Below are positions 1 through 8,372 of a stretch of DNA of 32,000 bases, piece after piece. The position numbers were made by a program, and so were the translations under genes. Each line of letters begins with the position of its first letter. The first letter of the stretch is position 1. Origin of the DNA: Micromonas sp. (Eukaryota); NCBI GenBank assembly GCA_000090985.2, contig CP001576.1, forward strand, positions 1,016,155-1,048,154, read 5' to 3'. Under the pieces are notes generated by a model, which searched no databases, was not told the DNA's origin, and was given only the letters and a program-made list of their open reading frames with translations.

Positions 1-686
1 GTCGACTCGATACCGCGCGTCGACGCGCGAGACACGAACCCCGCGCGTTTCGCGCGAGACTTTGAGAGCGTCAACCGCCCGGTCATCGTCTCGGGGCTGT
101 GCGCGGATTGGCCCGCGACGAGGGGCGAATGGACCCGCGACCGGCTCCTGGCGACGCACGGCGACGTTGAGTTCACCGTGGGCGGGTACCAGATGCGTTT
201 GCGCGACTTTTACGCCTACGGCGACGACGCGAGCGACGACCTGCCGCTGTACCTCTTCGACAAAAAGTTTTGCGAAAAGGCGCCCTCGCTCGCCGCCGGG
301 TATTCCCCGCCAAACATCTTCGCCGACGATCTCTTCGCCCTCCTCGGCGAACACGACAGGCCGGATCACAGGTGGCTCATCGTCGGGTGCGAACGGAGCG
401 GCAGCGGGTTTCACAAGGATCCAAACGCGACGAGCGCGTGGAACGCGGTTGTGACCGGGAGAAAAAAATGGATCCTCTTCGCGCCCGACGCCACCCCGCC
501 CGGCGTGCACCCCAGCGCGGACGGCAGCGCGGTGGTGCAACCGGTGACGCTCGTGGAGTGGTACATGAACTTTTACCGGCACGTGTACGAGACGGACGAG
601 GACGACGAGAGCGAGACGGACGAGGACGACGGGGACGAGGAGGACGAGGACGAGGAGAAGGATTCGGAGGTGAACCGTTCGTCCGT

Positions 687-717
<31 letters not shown>

Positions 718-1278
718 GCGAACGCCGGCACGTCCAGCGACGCGCCCCCTCGCGTGATGGAGGGGATATGCGGCCCAGGGGACGTGCTCTTCGTGCCCTC
801 CGGTTGGTGGCACATGGCGCTCAACCTCGAGGAATGCGTGGCGGTTACCCAAAACTTTTGCTCGCCGAGGACTTTACCGAGGGTGCTTCGGTTCCTGCGA
901 GACGCCGGCGAGTGCGCCGAGCTCGTGTCCGGCACGTGTCGCACCAGGCGCGGGAGTTTGTACGAGCGTTTCGTGGCGGTCCTCGCGGAGAAACGGCCGG
1001 AGGAGCTGGCGGCGGCGGAGAGGTACCTCGCGCTGGGAACGAGGGCGCCCGCAAGGTACGGCGGCGCCGGTGAAGCCGCAACCGATGAAAGTTTCAAGTC
1101 CACGGATCGATCCTCGAACGGCGCGATTGAGCACCACATCGGACGCGACGAGAAACGGAGACGGGGGGATCCGGGCGCCGCGAACGGTGCGGCGGGGTTC
1201 GACGTTGTTCGACGTTGTTCGACGCTGTCGGACGCGTTCAGGTCCGGCGAGGGTGGCAGCTTCTCGTTCAACTTTTAG
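1..1278 (+). CDS. JmjC-domain 2OG/Fe(II) oxygenase, JMJD6-like (5' partial, continues off left edge)
   Basis: Frame 1 is open from base 1 (VDSIPRVDARD..PVIVSGLCADWPATRGEW..) into track ORF 178..1278. JmjC signatures are GFHKDPNATSAWNAVVTGRKKWILFAP (HxD) and PSGWWHMALNLEECVAVTQNF (distal His). Stop TAG is at 1276-1278. Confidence 0.9.
688..714 (+). repeat. (CGT)9 trinucleotide repeat inside the JmjC CDS, encoding a poly-Arg run
   Basis: cgt x9 followed by cgc, in frame, gives R10. It is preceded by a GAC/GAG-rich stretch that encodes an acidic run. Confidence 0.95.
1201..1240 (+). repeat. 10-bp tandem repeat (gacgttgttc x2 plus two diverged units) in the 3' coding tail of the JmjC gene
   Basis: Direct reading gives gacgttgttc gacgttgttc gacgctgtcg gacgcgttca. 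Confidence 0.9.
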
Positions 1279-1345
1279 CCAACTTTTAAAGAGACTGTAC
1301 TAGCTAGCTAGAGACTCCAGAGACGCGGCCTGACAATGAGACCGA

Positions 1346-2872
1346 TTACCACTCCCGGGGTTCAGCCCCGACGTCGCACGTCACCGACACGAGCCTCCCG
1401 TCGTTCGTCTCCGTCGTCCTGAACCTCACCCACGGCATCGCCTGTTCGCACACCGCCATCGCGGTTCTCGCGTGGAGCGAGATTGGATTTCGCGCCAGCA
1501 CCTCACCGCCGCCGCCGAGCGCCAGGAACACGACGAGCTGATCGAGCATGCAGTCGTCGACGGCGGCGCCGGAGACGATGACGTCGGCGAGCTCCTTCGC
1601 CACCGCGCTCGCCACGTCACGCAGCGTCTCGCCGCTCCGAACGTCCCACGCGCGACTCGCCCCGAAGTGAACGGGCGGTGACTCACCGGGCGATGACTCA
1701 CCGGGCGGTGCGTCGTCCGAACCGTCGCCTCGCCCCGACGTTCCATCGGAAACGCGGAGGAGCGTCGCGGTCATCGTCACGCTCCCGCCCGGTTCGTGTC
1801 GCCCGGATGTACACGCGTCAACCGTCGATTGGTCCACGTCACCCGTCGTGAACGTGGAGTCGTCCGACGCGACGCTCGCGACGCCGATTTTGCAAACCTC
1901 GTTCGCGACGTCGCACGCGTCGACGAGGTCTTCGCGCGTGACGGTTCGTGTTCCGCCCCCGCTCCCCGGGCCCCCCGCCGCTCGCGTCACGACCGCCCAC
2001 GTCTCCCTCCCTGCCCGCGTCCCCCCGTGCCGGTTCGTGTTCCGAGTCAACCGCACCGGCGGGCGCGAGCCGGAATCTGAACCGTCGGCACCGTCTGAAC
2101 CGTCGGCGTCTGAACCGTCGCGGCGAACGACGTTGACGCGAACCGTCCCGCCCCCCCGCGGGTAGAACCCCCGGGTCAACACCTCGAACGTCACGTCCGC
2201 GTCGCACGCGAAGCCGCGACGGTTCGCGTTCCCGGAGACGACCGGCCACAGCGCGTGTTGGACGTAGTCCATCGTCGGCGCGAACGGGACGTCCGTGCCC
2301 CCGCTCAGCGTCAGCGAGACGGTCCGCGCGGTGCTCGGGGTGCCGACTTTTCGTCCCCGTCCCCGTCCCCGTCCCCGTCCTCCGTCGTTTGTCCTGACGA
2401 GCCACGGCATCGCCGCCTGCAGCACCAGCGCGACTGATCCCGCGGTGCCCACGTCCGCGGCGATTTCGAGGCGATCGTCGGACGCGTGGTACTTTAAGCT
2501 TCGAACGTGCCTCGCGTCGAGGGGTTTCGAGGCGCGCGTGACGTCGAGTCGGTCGGGTTCGTCGACGACCCCGCGCGTGAACTCGTGGGTGAACTCGACG
2601 CATCCCCTCCTCAGGACGCCGCCGTCCCTCGTTCCCCGCGCGTGCGCCCCCGAAGGACCGCCCCCGGCTCTGAGCGTGCCGTCGCACAACGCCGCCAGGA
2701 GCTCGACGCCCGCGAGGTGCTGCGCCGCGAGGCCCGGGTTCGGGCGTCCCGCGCGCACGTTGGTCACCGTCGTCGTCCTCCGGTTCACCGCGGAGCACGC
2801 CATCGCCACTCGGACGACCTGCCCGCCGCCCTCCAGCTGCGAGCCTTCGATGCACACGGGAACGTCCGACAT
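1346..2872 (-). CDS. RTCA: RNA 3'-terminal phosphate cyclase (RtcA/RTCA family)
   Basis: Track ORF 1346..2878 opens on GTG; the first ATG is at 2872 (MSDVPVCIEGSQLEGGGQVVRV..). Family motifs are EGGGQ, RAGRPNPGLAAQH, RGFYPRGGGTV (PROSITE-type RTC signature) and DQLVVFLAL..ISLHARTAM. The conserved blocks are interrupted by several low-complexity insertions. Confidence 0.88.
   Translation of the reverse strand: MSDVPVCIEGSQLEGGGQVVRVAMACSAVNRRTTTVTNVRAGRPNPGLAAQHLAGVELLAALCDGTLRAGGGPSGAHARGTRDGGVLRRGCVEFTHEFTRGVVDEPDRLDVTRASKPLDARHVRSLKYHASDDRLEIAADVGTAGSVALVLQAAMPWLVRTNDGGRGRGRGRGRKVGTPSTARTVSLTLSGGTDVPFAPTMDYVQHALWPVVSGNANRRGFACDADVTFEVLTRGFYPRGGGTVRVNVVRRDGSDADGSDGADGSDSGSRPPVRLTRNTNRHGGTRAGRETWAVVTRAAGGPGSGGGTRTVTREDLVDACDVANEVCKIGVASVASDDSTFTTGDVDQSTVDACTSGRHEPGGSVTMTATLLRVSDGTSGRGDGSDDAPPGESSPGESPPVHFGASRAWDVRSGETLRDVASAVAKELADVIVSGAAVDDCMLDQLVVFLALGGGGEVLARNPISLHARTAMAVCEQAMPWVRFRTTETNDGRLVSVTCDVGAEPREW
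1672..1710 (-). repeat. 15-nt tandem doublet (sense GTGAGTCATCGCCCG / GTGAGTCACCGCCCG) plus a partial third unit, inside the RtcA CDS
   Basis: Plus strand reads cgggcggtgactcac cgggcgatgactcac cgggcggtg. In the gene it is translated PGESSPGESPP. Confidence 0.95.
2338..2379 (-). repeat. 42-nt module, copy 1 (sense strand of RtcA)
   Basis: Plus strand reads gggtgccgacttttc(gtcccc)4gtc, the exact reverse complement of 3778-3819. Here it is translated [15 protein letters not shown]. Confidence 0.97.
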
Positions 2873-3174
2873 TGGCACCGCCCCGCCTCGCCCCGCCCCT
2901 CAAACTCGACACCGGTGCGGCGGGTTCGCGGCGCGGTCGGCGTCCATTACCGAACCGGCGATTAGCTCCCTCCGCTCGCGCGCGTGTCCAACGACGAGCC
3001 GGTGGATCGTGGCGCCCTCGTGCGCGGTACCTCGCTCGTAAAAGTGATGAAATGTCGCCTTCGCTTCGTCTCGGAAAAATAGAAAATTGCGACCGGCGGG
3101 GGCGACCTCGCGCTCACTCGGCGTCGCCGCGCGTCGCTCGAGGCGTCTTCGAAGCCCCCCCGAGACTTGACGCG

Positions 3175-5367
3175 ATGGCGACGTGTGCGGTGATGCGCCG
3201 GCTCGTCCTCGCCGCGGCGCCGCGCGGCGGGTCGCGGGGCGGTGGCCGGGACGGCACATCGGGGAGGACGCCGGGGCGCGGCGGAAGCGGCGGCGGCGGT
3301 GGTCGTTCCTCCAGAACGGGCGGACGGGGTGGACGCGGCTCCGGGCGCGGCGTCGCGCGGCCCGACCGGCCGGGACCACCGTCTCGCCGCGAGGGCGCCG
3401 TTGGCTACGGCCGCGGGCCGTCCGGCGGCGCGAGGGGACGCGGCGACGCGAGTCGTCATCGGGGCGCGACGCCGTCCATTCGGGGCGCCAACAATCCCAG
3501 GCCCAACGCCGTCGACGAGCGGGGCGCGTGCGACACGATGGCGAACGCGTCGATGTCCCTCGAGCTCGGCCACCCGCGGTGCCCCATGTGCGCGCAGGAG
3601 TTCGCGTCCGGGGGCACGAGGGCCAGGCACCTCGCGCTGTGCTGCCCGGATCTCATCGACCCGGTGGGATGGGCGTCGGGTGACGGCGAAGTCGTCCGCC
3701 GGTGCGCGGCGCTGCGGCACCCGAAGGCGTCGTTCCGGTGGGCCGTGCTCTCCAGACGCTTCGGCTGGAGCGACAACGACGGGGACGGGGACGGGGACGG
3801 GGACGAAAAGTCGGCACCCGGGATGACCGCCGTCGCCGTCGCCAAATCCCTTCGCGTCGATCTGGCCACGGTGACCAAACTCGTCCGACACGAGATCCGC
3901 GACGTCCCACTCCAACCCGATCCGTCCCCGCTCCACGTGGTGTACGAGGACGAGTGGCTGATGGCGGTGTCCAAACCGGCGGGGGTGATGACGTACCCGG
4001 CGCACAGGCTCCGGGGCGAATCCGTGGTGTCGCGAGCGGTGCACCACCTCTCCGTCTCCGCCGCGAGGCGTCGAGGGCGTCTCCCCTATAGTTCGGAAGA
4101 CCTTCCAGAAGAATCGGGAGTCGGCACCCCCGTCGGCACCCCCGGGGGCTCGTTCGCGGGTGCGTGGACGTCGTCGCAGGTGGAGCCCATCGCGGTGCAC
4201 CGGCTGGACCTGGAGACGTCCGGGGTTTTACTCCTGGCGAAGGACAAGCGCGTGGCGTCCGAGTTGCAGGCGAAGTTTGAGGCTAGGGGGGTGCGAAAGA
4301 CGTACCTGGCGGTGTGCGCGGTGCTGGAGGACGCGGAGGCGCACAAGGCGACGGCGACGCGCCGCGTGGACTTCGAAGCCGACGTGGACACCGACGTGGA
4401 CTCTGATGCTGACATGGATGCTGACGTGTATGCTGATACGGACGGCGACGAGCTCGGCGTGTTCGACGAGTCGGACCTCGACGACGACGACGACGATGAC
4501 GCGTACGAGGACCCGGACGACGAGCTGGACGAGCTGGACGAGCCCGGCGTCGTGCGCGTGGTCAACGCGGCGATCGGCGACCCCGAGCCCGGCACCCGAA
4601 GATCCGCCGCCGCCGACGACGGCGGCCGGTGCGTACGAGCCGTCACGCCCGACGGCAAACCCGCGCGGACCGAGTACCAGTGCCTGAGCTCGCGGCTCGG
4701 GGTGCCCACGCAGGTGACGATGCCCGACGGGGTGACGAGAAGGACGGTGGTGGGGACGGCGCTGGTGCTGGCCAGGCCGTTGACGGGGCGGACGCACCAG
4801 GTGAGATTGCACCTGGCGCACGCGGGTTTTCCAATCGTGGGCGACGGCTTGTACGGCGTCGATTACGCGTCGGTGGCGGCGTCCATCGGCGCGTTTCGTC
4901 TGTCTGGAGGGGGAATAACCAGGGAGGAGCGCGAGGCGGCCGCACGTCGAAGGCTCCTCTTCGCGTCCTCGTCCCCATCCTCAAGTTCAGCCGTCTCGCC
5001 GAGGGACGATGCGTCAGCGGGTGGTGAGTCACCGGGCAGTGAGTCACCGGACGACGTACCTTCCCCGTGCGCGCGGCTCGCGCTGCACGCCTGGAACGTC
5101 GACGTGCTCCACCCGAGGGCGCTCGTCCCGCTGCGGCTGTGCGTGGACATGCCGAGGGACATGACCGATTTAGCTCGCGCGCTTGGGTTGGCTACGAGCT
5201 CGGTGACGCTGGGGCCGGCGGCGTCGGCGGCGGCGCGGGCGGCGGGCGGGGCGCCGGCGAGGCACGCGCTGCGGAGGGAGCGGCGGAGGGAGGCGGCGAA
5301 GGGGCGGGTGCGGCGGATGGTGGCCAGGAAGGCGGGGCGCGACGCGGATGAGCGAGCGGGGGAGTAG
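3175..5367 (+). CDS. RluA-family RNA pseudouridine synthase with an RGG-rich N-terminus and a large acidic insertion
   Basis: Track ORF 2872..5367 opens on TTG; the first ATG is at 3175. Core motifs are [17 protein letters not shown], catalytic [49 protein letters not shown] and LALHAW. There is a CPMC..H..LC zinc-finger-like motif. The start codon choice is uncertain (ATG 3175, or a later Met). Confidence 0.88.
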   Translation: MATCAVMRRLVLAAAPRGGSRGGGRDGTSGRTPGRGGSGGGGGRSSRTGGRGGRGSGRGVARPDRPGPPSRREGAVGYGRGPSGGARGRGDASRHRGATPSIRGANNPRPNAVDERGACDTMANASMSLELGHPRCPMCAQEFASGGTRARHLALCCPDLIDPVGWASGDGEVVRRCAALRHPKASFRWAVLSRRFGWSDNDGDGDGDGDEKSAPGMTAVAVAKSLRVDLATVTKLVRHEIRDVPLQPDPSPLHVVYEDEWLMAVSKPAGVMTYPAHRLRGESVVSRAVHHLSVSAARRRGRLPYSSEDLPEESGVGTPVGTPGGSFAGAWTSSQVEPIAVHRLDLETSGVLLLAKDKRVASELQAKFEARGVRKTYLAVCAVLEDAEAHKATATRRVDFEADVDTDVDSDADMDADVYADTDGDELGVFDESDLDDDDDDDAYEDPDDELDELDEPGVVRVVNAAIGDPEPGTRRSAAADDGGRCVRAVTPDGKPARTEYQCLSSRLGVPTQVTMPDGVTRRTVVGTALVLARPLTGRTHQVRLHLAHAGFPIVGDGLYGVDYASVAASIGAFRLSGGGITREEREAAARRRLLFASSSPSSSSAVSPRDDASAGGESPGSESPDDVPSPCARLALHAWNVDVLHPRALVPLRLCVDMPRDMTDLARALGLATSSVTLGPAASAAARAAGGAPARHALRRERRREAAKGRVRRMVARKAGRDADERAGE
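3778..3819 (+). repeat. 42-nt module, copy 2 (sense strand of the pseudouridine synthase gene)
   Basis: Reads gac(ggggac)4gaaaagtcggcaccc. Here it is translated [14 protein letters not shown]. Confidence 0.97.
5024..5053 (+). repeat. 15-nt tandem doublet GTGAGTCACCGGGCA / GTGAGTCACCGGACG inside the pseudouridine synthase CDS
   Basis: Direct reading; translated [10 protein letters not shown]. It is related to the doublets at 1672-1701 and 16665-16694. Confidence 0.9.
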
Positions 5368-5492
5368 ACCGCCCGTGTAACTTTTCGACTGCACGGCGGG
5401 GTGAAAATTTATCGTCAGGTGTCATCAGCGGTTTGAATAATTTGAACACAGAACGCGGGACGCGCTGGGAGCTTCGTCGATCTCGGCGGGCG

Positions 5493-6824
5493 ATGGCGAG
5501 CATCGCGCTCCTCTCCGCCGCGTTCGCGGGCGCCAAGATCCAGGACATCGTGCGCGGCGTCATCCACGACAGGCGCGCGCGCGGGAGGGGCGCCGATGGT
5601 GCTACCGTGGCGGGGGCTGATTTTCCCTCGGGTGACTCGGCGGCGGACGCCGCGCCGGCCGCGCCCCTCTCCCCGCCCAGGCCCGCGCTCACCAAGCTGA
5701 CGCGCAAGTCCATCGGATCGCCCAACGCCGCGGCGACGAAACAGAGCGTCGAGGAGGAGGTCGTCGTGTGCTCCGTCTGCCATCAGGGAGTCGGCACGCC
5801 GTCCTCCCCGGTCACCCCGCTCAATCATCATCGCGGCCCGCCGTCCACCCCCGGCTCGAACACCACCACCGTCAACTCCCACAGCGGCTTCCGCGGCGTC
5901 CCCGCGCCGAAGCCCGACCCGTACGCCCCCAAACCCAGGGATCGGTACCTCAAATGGGACGACTACTTCATGTCCGTCGCGTTCCTCAGCGCGCAGCGAA
6001 GCAAGGATCCCAACAAGCAGGTGGGTGCCGTCATCGTCGGCCCGGACCGGGTGATCATGGGCGTGGGATACAACGGATTCCCGCGCGGGTGCAGCGACAG
6101 CGACCTGCCGTGGGCCAAGAAGAGCACGAACGGGAACCCGATGGAGACCAAGTACGCGTACGTGTGCCACGCCGAGATGAACGCCATCATGAACAAGAAC
6201 AGCCAATCGCTGCACGGCGCGACGGTGTACGTCACAATGTACCCGTGCAACGAGTGCGCCAAGCTCATCATACAGAGCGGGATACGCGAGGTGGTGTACT
6301 TCGAGGGGAAGCTACCGATGGCGAGGGGGGGGGAACGGAAAGTGGTGTGTGGGGACGGAGCACGATCGGAGACGGTTGGTGGGGACGATCCGAAGATGGC
6401 GACCTCGAATGGCGGAAACGGTCCGACGTGGAAGGATTGGGTCGACGGCGACCTCGACGACGAGGATCCCGACGGAAACGGTTCGAGCTACGAGCCCCCG
6501 GGAGAGGTATCCGCGGATGGCGGCGTCGGGGAGTCGCCGGACGTCTCGCTGGACGCGTCGTCCGAGGACCTCGGCTCGCCCGTCGGCATCGAGGGTTCGA
6601 GGGTATTTCCGCTTCGAGAGCTGCGTTTTAAGCATACCCCGGAGAAGAGGACGCCGACGGTTGACGGAAAGTCGTCGGCGCGTCCGTCGAGCGAGTCGAC
6701 GCCGACGAAGGGCGGGATGCAGAACGATCCGACGTACGCTGCGGCGGAGAAGCTGTTCGAGCTGGCGGGGGTGAAGATTCGGCAGCACACTCCAAACGCC
6801 GTCGTAGACGTCACCTATCACTAA
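5493..6824 (+). CDS. DCTD: Deoxycytidylate (dCMP) deaminase with long N- and C-terminal extensions
   Basis: Track ORF 5433..6824 opens on TTG; the first ATG is at 5493. Zinc-binding motifs are VCHAEMNAI and PCNECAKLI. The core [35 protein letters not shown] is typical of eukaryotic dCMP deaminase. Confidence 0.9.
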   Translation: MASIALLSAAFAGAKIQDIVRGVIHDRRARGRGADGATVAGADFPSGDSAADAAPAAPLSPPRPALTKLTRKSIGSPNAAATKQSVEEEVVVCSVCHQGVGTPSSPVTPLNHHRGPPSTPGSNTTTVNSHSGFRGVPAPKPDPYAPKPRDRYLKWDDYFMSVAFLSAQRSKDPNKQVGAVIVGPDRVIMGVGYNGFPRGCSDSDLPWAKKSTNGNPMETKYAYVCHAEMNAIMNKNSQSLHGATVYVTMYPCNECAKLIIQSGIREVVYFEGKLPMARGGERKVVCGDGARSETVGGDDPKMATSNGGNGPTWKDWVDGDLDDEDPDGNGSSYEPPGEVSADGGVGESPDVSLDASSEDLGSPVGIEGSRVFPLRELRFKHTPEKRTPTVDGKSSARPSSESTPTKGGMQNDPTYAAAEKLFELAGVKIRQHTPNAVVDVTYH

Positions 6825-6980
6825 TTAGCGATGACAACTTCCAGTGAATATGAGTAATACGTGTAACTTGATGCTGCTTACAAGAATGTCTGTTGCTATG
6901 TGCACAACTCTGGTGTTGACTCGGCGCCGGGGTGTCGGCGCGTGGGTTCGGCGTCGGGTTCGAACGCGAAACAAACGCGC

Positions 6981-8019
6981 TCAATCCCTGTTCTCGATCT
7001 GGGACTTGGCGGCGGAGATCTCCTCCACGGCCTCCCACTCCACCGCGCAATCTTCGCCGGTGCACGCCCTGGCCGACTCGAGGGCCGCCTCGAGCGCCGC
7101 CTCGAGCTGCTTGAGCCTCTCGGAGGACACGGTCACCTTCTTGGCGGACTGGGAGGCGGATTCGAGCGCGCGGAGGGTCTCGACGTCGACGTTGGCAGCC
7201 TCCTTGGCCTTCATCAGCGCCGCCTGGGTCTCCTTGATGAAGTTCATGTCCGCCTCGGAGATGGGCACGGGCTCGAGCTCGGCGGGCGCGGGCTTCTTGT
7301 CGGAGGCGGCCTGGGAGAGCTCCTCGACCTCGTCCCACATGGCGGCGCACTCACCCACGCACTCCTCGGCGATCTGTTCGGCGAAAGGGACGAACGAGCG
7401 GGGACGACGCGGTCAGAAAAACATTCGATCGACCCGCGAGCCTCGCGCGGGCGGTGACGACGCGTGCGTTCAGATAACGGGAATCTCGGGGCGTCGCGCG
7501 GGCGCGCGGCGAGGGCGCGCGACGCCGATCATCCGTGCGACGCGCGCTCCATCGAACATCGACGCTCGGACGCGCGTTCGTATCGCGGCGGGTGGGATGC
7601 GGAGCGCGAAAACCGGCGACGCGCGACGCGATCGAGGCGACGCCGACGCGAGCGCCGAACCCTCGAGGCATCGGTAACAAAATCTCTGCAGCGGCGCGGG
7701 GGAGTCTCGGGGCGCAGCGTACCTTGAGGGCATCCTCGAGACGCTCGGAGACGTCGCCGGAGGAGGCGCGGACCACGACGGAGCGAGCCTTGACGGGCTG
7801 CGCGGAGGAAGGGGACGGTTCGGTGAGTCCACGCGCGCGGCGGGCGGGGAGGGATCACGGCGCCGATTCGGGGGCTCTCGCAGCCGTCCGGTCGAGGTGA
7901 AAAAAGGGGCCGCGGAGGCTCACCTTCGCGGCGACGGCGGAGCGAGCGACGCGCGCCTTGGAGGCGGAGACGCGCGCGACGGGCGCGACAACGCGGAGGG
8001 CGGACATGGTGGCGGCCAT
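6981..8019 (-). CDS. CP12-like protein with two CP12 N-type motifs, probably plastid-targeted (3 exons)
   Basis: Exon 3 is 7373..6981 (acceptor gaacAG, phase 0): IAEECVGECAAMWDEVEELSQA ... ARACTGEDCAVEWEAVEEISAAKSQIENRD*. Exon 2 is 7797..7723 (acceptor gcgcAG, donor GTACGC): PVKARSVVVRASSGDVSERLEDALK. Exon 1 is 8019..7923 (donor GTGAGC), carrying ATGs at 8019 and 8007 and a transit-peptide-like VARVSASKARVARSAVAAK. The ATGs are one frame off from the splice-compatible frame (see finding). The motifs match the CP12 core C..DCAVAWDxVEELSAA. Confidence 0.7.
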
Positions 8020-8372
8020 TTTGATGTTAAGTGTGGCGGACTAACGCGATCTGTGCGTCAGGCTGTGGGTGGCCCACGGCGTACGATTAACGCAACCGCG
8101 AACCCTCACCGGCCTCTGGTTGGATGGGGATTTTCAGATAAGCCTCCATCCAGCTCACACCGTTTCTGTTGTGTGTCACATCTCTCGCCGGGTTTTGAGG
8201 CGGAGGTGCACCCGGGATTTGGACAGGGAAAAACGGGCGATGGACTCGGGCATTTGACGAGTTATTTTCGATGAAAAAAAATCACACGTGCCGTGGCCGT
8301 GTCTCCGCTAAATAAACTCTCTCTGAAAAAACCACTCTCCACCCTCTTCTCCCTCTCCACCTACCTCTCCCA

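Noticed and set aside
1450-1560. A possible loss of the catalytic (adenylylated) histidine in RtcA; the region reads ..VSGAAVDDCMLDQLVVF...
   Set aside because: I cannot reliably recall which aligned position carries the nucleophilic His in reference RtcA sequences. Deciding this needs a proper alignment to E. coli or human RTCA.
2962-4200. A 412-aa ORF antisense to the pseudouridine synthase gene. The same class includes 573..1271(-), 1839..2912(-), 5415..6215(-), 5768..6631(+), 14107..15036(-), 15606..16970(-) and 27373..28092(-).
   Set aside because: These ORFs are R/G/P/A-rich low-complexity translations with no recognisable motifs, and each lies opposite or out of frame to an ORF with strong domain evidence. 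Long spurious ORFs are expected at this GC content because stop codons are AT-rich.
7374-7722. The possibility that the 349-nt intron of the CP12-like gene, or the other six introns, are copies of a repetitive introner element.
   Set aside because: I compared the seven introns by eye and found no shared sequence beyond the splice and branch motifs. Without the rest of the genome I cannot test copy number, so I make no call.
8285-8290. A CACGTG G-box about 266 bp upstream of the CP12-like start codon, as a light-response element.
   Set aside because: A single palindromic hexamer is expected by chance several times in 32 kb of GC-rich DNA, and I see no supporting phased or paired elements.
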